Source: Macrostomum lignano | Taxonomy: Eukaryota | Assembly: GCA_002269645.1 (NCBI GenBank) | Contig: NIVC01001796.1 | Span: 1-23,576 of the forward strand | Length of the DNA stretch: 23,576 nucleotides | Reading direction: 5' to 3' | Shown: positions 16,501 to 23,576 of the stretch, in pieces | How positions within the stretch are numbered: the stretch's first letter is position 1 | How the letters are laid out: each line of letters starts with the position of its first letter | Notes under the pieces: model-generated | Database searches by the model: none | Told to the model about the DNA's origin: nothing | Seen by the model: the letters and a program-made list of their open reading frames with translations, nothing else | Position numbers and translations under genes: made by a program

Positions 16501-19500
16501 GAGCGAAGATTGCTTGCCCGGGCTGCAGCAAGAGCATCTCGAAGACAAATATAGCAAGACACCGGAAAGTCTGCACCGCGGAACCGACTCAAAGCCAATG
16601 AGTGGCATGCCTCATAGGAGGTCGAATTGTCATATAAGGACAAGGACAAGGCCGCTCCTGAGAGAGTAACTTCAGCACCTGCGGTGAGCAGACACCTGAG
16701 TACCAGTTACCAGTCACTGTGGCACCTTCCTCGAATAGGATGGGTAGCAGAATGCCACACCGCATGCTGCCAAGACCTTGCCGACACTCGTAGGAATTTG
16801 ACAGGGGCATCCTCTTCGAAGGCGATCCCCTGCCTGCTCTGGAATTTTGTCTCTGAGAAGTACACCCATGTTTCATAACCTGTCAGGATGTTGTCCATCA
16901 ATTTCGAAGCCCCCTTGTCGAATTTGTTATGGATGAAGGTTGCGAACTCAATATGAACTTGCATCTGGGTTGGGTTCAGGTGATGGTTACCCAGCACCCG
17001 GATACTTTCACTCGTCGATCTTAGCCACTGCCGCCTCCTGACCAACTTGTATACCATTGTATAGGATGAGGCTTCATCATTCAGGGCTTGTTGAAGCGTC
17101 TGCACGCATTCCGAGGCAAACTGGCCAAGTCGAAACTGGACAAGAATTGCGACTCCTCTGTCACACATGGTCAATCAAGTGCAGTAAAGATTATGAGGTT
17201 GCATCACTCTTTCAGCCACTGCATCGGAGAATCTCAGTCAAAGATGCTGAAAATCTACATGAAAGGTTTTAACATCGAATGAAATAAACAAACTTCAGTA
17301 TATTTGCATGAAAAGGATATTCATTTTTCGCGAACTTATTAAGCAGATCTTGTACAAGTAATTTAGGACTGTATGAAATGTATAATGACGGAGTATGTAA
17401 AAAAACGGAATGTATTCGTATTTCTCGGCATATCTGTATATATCTTTATGTCTTTTATGGAGCTGGTTTCAATTTTAACTCGATTTTTACCTAGCTATAA
17501 GAAACAATCATGTACTATTTAGAACAAACTCCTAGGGCATGACATATTAAGGGTTTAGTTTAAATAGATTCCAAATAACAATGAGCATAGCAACCTATTT
17601 TACTTTAAACTTTAGATGCATAAAAAACATATTGTTTTTGGGGCCTAACTTAGAGCTAGGGGAAGCTGTATAGCAGCCAGAATGTATGCAAAAAGTGAGC
17701 ACCAGTGCAGCTGCTCTTGAAACTCCCCATCTCTGTCGCTGATATGGGGTAGGCACACCAAGCTTTCCAGAAAAAGAAAATAATTCTCTGATAAGTTTCA
17801 AATGAGAATAATTAATGAGTTTCAAATAAATACACCAAATATACCAAATACCAATACCATTAATACCAAAAAGATATTGTTCAAAAATAATGCAACTTGG
17901 ATAATACCAATAAAGAAAGTACTATTAATCCAATATACTTTAGATAATTTTAAGTACATACTAGAAAATTCTTAAGTAAGAATAACATCTTTTTGGAGTA
18001 TAGTTAATTAGTAAATCTATAACTATTAATCTACTAAACTTATTTTTTAATCTATAGTCATATTTATTATTATAGTTTTCAATTTATAAACCAAAACCAA
18101 TTTTAAGTTGTTAAAATTATTAAATTAAAATAAATAATTTTTTTCTGAACAAAACTGCACCAAGTGCCAACATGAGAACAATGATAGGCCTTATCATTGG
18201 GCTTATCATAGGAGCCTATATGTTCCCAATTTTAATGATATTAGTATAGATAGTTAGGTCTCTTATTTTAGCCAATTAGAATAACCACTATTGTAGATAG
18301 TGTTTAATTTAGATTGGCTCTTAGCAATATAGGCCATATTGCAGATGTAATATAAGCTAGAAAATTCTAGCATATAAATGCTTCAGCTAGTATATATCTA
18401 GATATATAGATACAAGCATATAAATAAAAGAAATAGAATTCCAGTTGTTTCACCCCATAAACTATTTTGGCCATAGACATTTCACCCCTAGACCATTTTG
18501 CCCATAAGTCCATTTTGCCCATAAACCAGTTTGGCTATAAGCATTTTGGCCAAAATGGTAATTATATAATTTAGAGATATAGCCATACATTTATCTTTCT
18601 TTTCTTTTTTCAATGCTAATTTTTTTAATGTGTAAAAAAACTATGATCTGAATTGTTGCTACAACAATTGTGTTATTGCAATTTTGTTCATTATGATTGT
18701 GAACATATATGCGCAACTGCTAGTCGATCTGGCCACCATAAATTGTGGTTGACCAGGGGTAAGTCGCAAAAATTCCCAGTCTAAAGAATACAGATGTAGC
18801 ACTAATTATATGACGAGGCATTTAGCCCTTATAAGACAGTCATGGTTACTCCTGCCATTTACTCAAAATTGCGTTAGGGTTTCTTTCACAGGTAAGTTGC
18901 ATTTTTGGTCAAAAAGTAAGTCGCATGGCCAGTGTAAATCAGGGGGGTTGCGCATGTATGATTGTGAATTATTACAAGGTAAAGCCAGAAATACTAAAAG
19001 AATAAGATTTGTCACCAAAATTTAAAATCAAAGCACAGAGTTAACAAACTGTAAAGTTTAGAAATGGTCCATGGCCAAAATGGGCTATGGAAGAAACAGT
19101 CTGTGGGCAAAATGGTGTAGGGGCAAAATGTCCATAGCCAAAATGGTTTATGGGCAAAACAACCAGTTACCCAAGAAATAAATTCTTAACTATATTTGTT
19201 CAAGCTTATGGCGTAGCAAATAGAACCATAAGAAGAATATGATATCATTGTCTAAAGTATATTAAATAATTATTTGTTATAAAAAAAGTAATTTTTTAAT
19301 TATAATAATAAGTTAGCTTTTTAAATAAAATAGTATTTTTATAGTTCCTAGTGAAGAATACAAGGGGTGATCAAAAAGTTCTGCAAGTGACCTCACAACT
19401 CAGTTCTACAGCAGCCAAGGCATCTAATCAGTGTCATATTCCCTTAAAGTACTTTCCATCAATATCTATACACCGTCGCATGCGTGTGCACCATGTCTGA

Positions 19501-22500
19501 AAGCAGTCATGGTACTCTGAAGTTGGTATACCCTGTAGAGCTGAATGTACCACTTGGGCAAGGTCTTGCATGCATGAAAATGGCCTCCCAGAAATGACGG
19601 ATTTGATCCTCAGGACCAGCCAAAAGTCGCATGGTGCTAGGTCTGGAGAGTAGGGTGGATGGGGCAGCAGCCGGACCCCCTGCTGCTCTAGGCACGCCAT
19701 GGTTGAGGCCGCTCTGTGCAGTGCCGCATTGTCATGGTGCAGCAGGAGTTGTGGTCCATGCCTGGTTTGCGCACGTTCCTGCCACTCCTGCAGCACGCCT
19801 GGCAGAGCAGTGTCTACGTAGTACCTGGCAGTCACTGTGGCACCTGCTGGAAGGATGTTCACTAATACAACACCCTGAGAGTTGAAAAAATGGTGAATAT
19901 CCACTTCTGACTGCGGAATCCAGTCTTTAGCACCTTAGGCCTTGGCTTATCTTCTGCCAGCCAGACCATGTTGGACTGCTTATCTTTCATGGTAAAAGAA
20001 GGAGATCCAACATTTGTCTCCTGTGATGACATCCAACAGTCGTCGTGGGCCGTGGGCCTCAAACATTTGCACCCACAAGTGACAGATGTGCACCCTCTCT
20101 GCTTGCTGCTCCGGAGTGAGAAGATGGGGTACCCACCAAGCGTAGGTCTTTGTGTGGCCCAGTCACTCATGCATGATGTTATGAGCACTTCCATAGCTGA
20201 CACCAAGCTCATAGGCAATGAATCTCAGCATAATGCTCCAATCCTCACGAATTATTGCATTGGCATGGGCCACAACATCTTTGGTCACAGATGTCTAGGG
20301 TCTGCCAGACCTTGGTTCATTGTTGAAGCTGTCCCAGCCTTCCAAGAAATGGCGCAGCCAGTGGGCAACCATGTCAAATGATGGAGCAGAGTCAGCTAAA
20401 ACATTCACCAGATTGGTATGAATCTCAGTCACTTTGCAACCAAGTTGCATGCACATAAAGATATAGAAGCGAACACTATCTTTTGATGTTTCCATCAGCT
20501 ACTAAAAACACATGGAAAATATATGGCTGTGAAATTTTACTAGAGCACATTTGGAAGCCAAAAATGCATATAAATATAGCAAACAGATATAGCCGCATAT
20601 GTGTAAGTTTTTGGCTTTTGCCAATTCTATAACTAAAAGCTATAACAAAAGGTTGCAGAACTTTTTGATCACCCCTCGTATATTCCAATCAAAAATAAAC
20701 TTTACTATTTTGTTCTAGGCCTACTAATTATTTCTATTTTTTTTAAATGGTACAGAACAGGTTTTATTTTGCAGAAATTATTTGCTTCCTTTATTGCTTG
20801 TTGCATTGTTTTTATGCTTGTTAATCATACAATATTATTAGTATACAATTCATTAGAACACTTAATTGGTATACTTTACTAGTCTACACTTTACTAGATA
20901 GCTAAATACTTTCTGGAATATATGGAATACCAGACTCCAGAAGGTTACAAGTACGTCGGAAAATTCCAGCATACAAATGACCCCTTTCAAAGTTGGGGTA
21001 CAAATTTTGGCATACAAACAAAGTCTTGCCATTTTTGGCATACAAATTTTGGCATACAAACAAAGTCTTACCATTTTTGGTGGACAAATTTTTGCCTACA
21101 AACTTATGCTATGTGACTTGTGCCTGAAACTTTTAACATAAATTATGCAATTTACATAAAAAAAATTCAAGAACTATTTCAAAATGAGTTTAAATTTTTT
21201 TTTATTTCTATTTCTAGATGACTGAAAGAAGACAACTGAGTAATATTGATTAATTTGGATGTAACTATTGTCTTATGCTTTTTTTAACCTAAATGACCTT
21301 TTTTAGAAGAAATTTTGGCATACATATTAGGGGAATTGTTACCCTTTTTGGCGTACACTGCTATATATTTAGATGAGCTAGGATTCTTGTTCTGGTATAC
21401 ACTACTATATGATCTAGACCTTGGATAGAATATAGGTATATGTTATTAACATAGTCTAGTATAGAAAAATAGGGCATCTAGTGCATTAGGGGTTGGGTCT
21501 ACTAGTTTTATAAAGTTTAGTTGATGATTAATAAGGACATGGTTTAAGCAGCTTCATAGGAATTTTTAAAAAGCCACACTTAGAGACATGGCACTTGTCT
21601 ATAATGCAGAAACCTATAGACACAGCAGCCATGTCTCTGATAGTGACTAGATCCATACTTAGAGATACAAGTATCTATAAGTATTTATATTATAAACATG
21701 GCACCATGTCTATAAGTATGGACCTAGTCACTAGGATGCCCATTAAAATGGCCACACGCGGAATGGCCACCAAAATGGCCATATAAAACAAAAAGGGTTG
21801 CAGATCAACTTTGTTTTATTTGTTATGTTAAGGAAGCTTTGTTATGTTAATTGTTTTTAGCTTTGGTACTTGCATCAGTATCAAAATGCAAAAAAGTGAA
21901 TGCATTGAGATATTATGCAATTTATGTAGGCCGAAAAGGATCCGAAAGCGAAGATGAAATTGTATTTTATGGAGCGACCAGCAGTTATGCAAATTTTTAA
22001 AATATGCTAAAATAGTTATGTAAGAAAGTTAAAAAATGCTAAAATGGTTCACAAAGTAAAATTTTCAACTAAGAAATCAACTAAATATAAAGAATATAAA
22101 GAAATCAACTAATTTCTTTCTTGTTGTAAAATGATAAGCTCCTCTCTCTGCAACCATCCACCTTTATTCTTAATTGACCAGTGCCTCGGCCCCCATGTAC
22201 GCCACCCCCCCCCCCGATTGTTCATCATTTATCTTTCTACTTAAATGTACATTCAACCCTCCACTTCTCTTATCTCTTATTATTACAAATTATTATATTG
22301 TGTGGCAGTTTTGTCGTGTGGCCGTTTTGACAGTGTGGCCGTTTTGTTGTATGGCCGTTCTACGTGTGGCCATTTTGATGGCACCCTAGTCACTATTGAA
22401 GACATAGCCACAATGTCAATGAAACTTGCATGGCAGACATGTTATTAGGCCTAATATTAAATGGGTTCACACTTAAAAACACAGTGGGTGGCCATGTTAT

Positions 22501-23379
22501 TAAAATGGGTTCACATGTAAAGACACGGTGGGTAGCTGTGTCTCTAATATTAGAGCTTATAGGCATGGCTGCCATGCTATGTATATAATCATTGATTGGA
22601 TGAAAAGATTGATCAATTGAAAAGTTAGAGTTTTTTTAAATGAAATTTAATTTAATTTTTAAGAGTAACACAAAATCATGGCAATCGTCTTATCCACTAC
22701 ACTAAGCCTCTGCCACTATTTGATTGTGAGAGAGCCCTTAGAACGCATTTTATATTGATTATAGCCGTGCCTATAACAGTATAAGCTCAAATATTATAGA
22801 CATGGCCACCATATACTTCATTTAAAAAGTAACAGGAACTACAGAATGGCAACTCATAGGCCTAGCTTGAGTCATAGGCCTTTGTCAGAATATATCAGTA
22901 GACCTACAATCTGTAGAAAAAAAATAGGTATAGTTCTAGTTTACTGCGTTAAATTATTTCGCCCTCTATTCAAGGAATCAAGGGTAGGCGGTTTGGAATA
23001 TAACAAAGTAAACTAGAACTATGTCAAAAAATATCTTATAGCTACTTGACAAATGGGCACACAGAGGGCTAGCCTGCCATACATTGTGACTATGCCCCTA
23101 TGGTTTTAATATGGCTAGGAGAAAACAAGAGGTTGTGATCACATTTACATACAAAGAATTTTATAGTTTCTTACCATATAAAATAGCCAGACCAGTTTCA
23201 TGAATAAACCGAAATCGTCGATGCTTAAAAAGCCATACAGTAAGGATAGTGACAATCAGTAAACCCAGATACAAAAGAAGAGTCATGCTATCTGAAACAT
23301 GATTAATTTGAACTCTTGATTCCTGAGAGGTTTCAATGCTTTTATCTATGCTTGTCTCTTTAGACGACTTAGAAGACAT
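7202..23379 (-). CDS. SLC9A6: Endosomal Na+/H+ exchanger (SLC9A6/7/9 clade), 9 coding exons, 1947 nt, 648 aa
   Basis: Exons 23175-23379, 13791-14086, 13317-13393, 12113-12216, 11762-12024, 10045-10610, 8969-9029, 8816-8883 and 7202-7508. All introns are GT-AG with matching phases. Motifs [91 protein letters not shown] and KPLLT. Probably co-orthologous to SLC9A6/7/9, so the symbol is approximate. Confidence 0.95.
7527..8797. repeat. 31-bp minisatellite, about 40 near-identical units (GATTCTCAAGGACTGAGGCAGCGGAGAGGCA), filling NHE intron 8
   Basis: Read directly; a few 30-bp single-deletion variants; terminal units degenerate. Confidence 0.97.
8816..8883 (-). CDS. NHE exon 8 ([22 protein letters not shown])
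   Basis: Acceptor TTTTTTTACAG, donor AA|GTGAGC; W..D motif precedes KPLLT as in NHE6/7/9. Confidence 0.8.
8969..9029 (-). CDS. NHE exon 7 ([20 protein letters not shown])
   Basis: Acceptor TTGCATCGCAG, donor GAG|GTTCGT (weak); continues the HI(E/R)VGV motif. Confidence 0.8.
9413..9960. repeat. 16-bp minisatellite, about 34 units (GTGTACAGATGTATAA), NHE intron 6
   Basis: Read directly; 130-bp (8-unit) higher-order duplication starting at 9681 and 9811. Confidence 0.95.
10045..10610 (-). CDS. NHE exon 6 ([17 protein letters not shown]...QWMHI)
   Basis: Acceptor CATTGCCCAG, donor GA|GTAAGC; core transmembrane segments. Confidence 0.95.
10717..11720. repeat. 37-bp minisatellite, about 27 units (CAGTGGGATCAGTAGCCTGATTCTCCCGAAATCCTCA), NHE intron 5
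   Basis: Read directly; internal inverted repeat ATCAG/CTGAT; a variant block recurs at 11101 and 11323 (222 bp = 6 units). Confidence 0.95.
11762..12024 (-). CDS. NHE exon 5 ([10 protein letters not shown]...GESVLNDAV...TKFTQ)
   Basis: Acceptor ATCCTTCCAG, donor CAG|GTGAGT. Confidence 0.95.
12113..12216 (-). CDS. NHE exon 4 ([34 protein letters not shown])
   Basis: Acceptor CTCCCGCAG, donor G|GTGAGA; not in the ORF track. Confidence 0.92.
12290..12420. repeat. GA-rich polypurine tract (polypyrimidine on the transcribed strand), NHE intron 3
   Basis: Low-complexity A/G run read directly. Confidence 0.8.
12498..13222. repeat. 27-bp minisatellite, about 27 units (ATGGGGATCAGGGATGAGGGAGTCTAT), NHE intron 3
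   Basis: Read directly; gives (MGIRDEGVY)n-type ORFs; three G-runs per unit. Confidence 0.95.
13317..13393 (-). CDS. NHE exon 3 ([26 protein letters not shown])
   Basis: Acceptor TTATTGTTCCAG, donor GG|GTGAGT; not in the ORF track. Confidence 0.93.
13527..13746. repeat. 22-bp minisatellite, 10 units of two alternating variants (TCATGAAGGCACATTGG-AAACA / -GGACG), NHE intron 2
   Basis: Order ABABABAAB plus one degenerate unit. Confidence 0.92.
13791..14086 (-). CDS. NHE exon 2 ([11 protein letters not shown]...[24 protein letters not shown])
   Basis: Acceptor TCTCCAACCCAG, donor AGG|GTGAGG; phase 1 joins exon 1 to give ILYGLIVG. Confidence 0.95.
14190..14228. repeat. Perfect 15-bp inverted repeat with a 9-nt loop
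   Basis: TGCATCCAGGTGCCA-ATTGCTAGG-TGGCACCTGGATGCA. Confidence 0.9.
15036..15274 (+). promoter_or_regulatory. Putative TATA-like box, non-coding first exon and 5'-UTR intron of the nested gene
   Basis: CTATATAT at 15036-15043; consensus donor GTAAGT at 15132; acceptor ATTCACAG ending at 15274, one base before the ATG context (143-nt intron). Confidence 0.5.
15276..15557 (+). CDS. Secreted six-cysteine prepropeptide (93 aa), nested antisense in NHE intron 1; function unknown
   Basis: Signal peptide [16 protein letters not shown], acidic spacer, hydrophobic cationic C-terminal part with 6 Cys; strong GC3 bias inside AT-rich sequence; splice acceptor just upstream. Confidence 0.88.
   Translation: MKAVIALLCLVAVASAAYTPAQREEVLDDLVHEIVPFLSVDWNCVKNAGISSSMCILKNLISCGVAIKPPLIAVCLVASCGGDAAKLAYCIKL
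15792..17354 (-). mobile_element. Decayed mariner element A, interrupted by a foreign insert
   Basis: TIR cores TGCTCAATAAGTTCGCGAAAAA (15792) and TTTTTCGCGAACTTATTAAGCA (17324), TA at 17353-54; left outer end diverged. Minus-strand remnants: HTH region, ILTGYETW (TGDETW with D>Y), LYDNSTSY (HDNA-like), [37 protein letters not shown]; frameshifts and deletions. Confidence 0.85.
16052..16601 (+). mobile_element. Fragment encoding a C-terminal multi-zinc-finger region, probably from a non-LTR retrotransposon (pseudogenised)
   Basis: One frame gives CTIC...HNTRMH (C2H2), degenerate FPRC...NHL*IC, CPYC...RHIRNC and CPGC...RHRKVC (CCHC) with one in-frame TAG at 16314-16316. The retrotransposon origin is recalled from family architecture, not searched. 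Confidence 0.65.
18442..19172. mobile_element. Foldback/MITE-like non-autonomous element with long imperfect TIRs built of CATTTTGCCC-type subrepeats
   Basis: 18442-18510 aligns by eye with the reverse complement of about 19098-19170; no coding capacity. Confidence 0.65.
18704..18956. mobile_element. 253-bp non-autonomous element with short TIRs and a 12-bp flanking direct repeat
   Basis: TATGATTGTGAA at 18692-18703 and 18957-18968; termini CATATATGCGCAAC and GTTGCGCATG; three internal GTAAGT(C/T)GCA motifs. Confidence 0.6.
19361..20678 (-). mobile_element. Full-length (1318 bp) mariner element B, DD34D, transposase pseudogene
   Basis: 26-bp TIRs CAAGGGGTGATCAAAAAGTTCTGCAA and TTGCAGAACTTTTTGATCACCCCTCG (1 mismatch); TA on both sides (19359-60, 20679-80). 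Transposase 20495->19434 has WVPHLL, ITGD, HHDNA, 34 aa to [13 protein letters not shown] and [10 protein letters not shown], with at least two internal stops and two frameshifts. Confidence 0.95.
20996..21112. repeat. Short 42-bp tandem repeat (about 2.5 copies) built from 14-bp GGCATACAAA subunits
   Basis: GGCATACAAATTTTGGCATACAAACAAAGTCTT(G/A)CCATTTTT read directly. Confidence 0.8.
21560..22575. mobile_element. Second foldback/MITE-like element with (AAAAT)GGCCAC subrepeats and nested imperfect inverted blocks
   Basis: About 21724-21775 pairs with 22345-22395; 21624-21650 with about 22385-22411; 21579-21593 with 22533-22547. Outer ends not defined. Confidence 0.55.
23175..23379 (-). CDS. 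NHE exon 1 (MSSKSS...[39 protein letters not shown])
   Basis: Family motif [12 protein letters not shown]; donor G|GTAAGA; AT-rich codons unlike the downstream exons. A further upstream exon cannot be excluded. Confidence 0.9.
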
Positions 23380-23576
23380 AGTTGAATTTTATCACGTCTG
23401 ACGGTCTGTTTTTAAATCAAAGAATGTTGCGATTTTAGCATTGATCAATTTTTTTAGCAATAGAAAACAATTTAAACATAGACGTAGGGATAGAGCGACA
23501 CTGCAACGTTCGTTAACCGCTTTAAAAACGCCGCTTCTTTCGGTTTTCAACTTTTTGATTTCCAAGAAGCATACTT

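Noticed and set aside
16002-16601. Stand-alone host zinc-finger gene or stop-codon readthrough
   Set aside because: It has no ATG start, its 5' part is antisense mariner sequence, the finger with the TAG has also lost a Cys, and it sits inside a transposon, so decay is the simpler explanation.
17830-18430. Very AT-rich stretch with short ATACCAA repeats and small palindromes
   Set aside because: Low complexity; matches of this size are expected by chance.

Overview
Eukaryotic (animal) genomic DNA with GC3-rich exons, spliceosomal GT-AG introns, AT-rich intergenic and intronic sequence and dense minisatellites. The style suggests an invertebrate such as a free-living flatworm; this is an inference only. 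Four co-oriented minus-strand genes run right to left. (1) A 9-exon endosomal Na+/H+ exchanger of the SLC9A6/7/9 type (23379->7202, 648 aa, all splice phases compatible). (2) An intronless cytochrome b561 domain protein (CYB561D2-like, 4706->4044). (3) An intronless RRP15 (2760->1906). (4) A small spliced gene (about 779/754->169), tentatively PIG-H-like, with an ambiguous splice model. The 9.1-kb first intron of the exchanger holds a nested antisense gene for a 93-aa secreted six-cysteine prepropeptide (15276-15557, +), two decayed DD34D mariner elements (one with a retrotransposon-like zinc-finger fragment replacing its YSPDL segment), two foldback/MITE-like elements and a 253-bp element with 12-bp flanking direct repeats. 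Each of introns 2, 3, 5, 6 and 8 carries its own minisatellite (22, 27, 37, 16 and 31 bp), and 45-bp and 28-bp arrays lie between the exchanger and CYB561D2. Most long ORFs in the supplied track over these arrays are repeat artefacts. Best leads: the nested cysteine-rich peptide, the chimeric mariner, a collinear motif module shared upstream of two genes, and a steep GC3 gradient along one gene.
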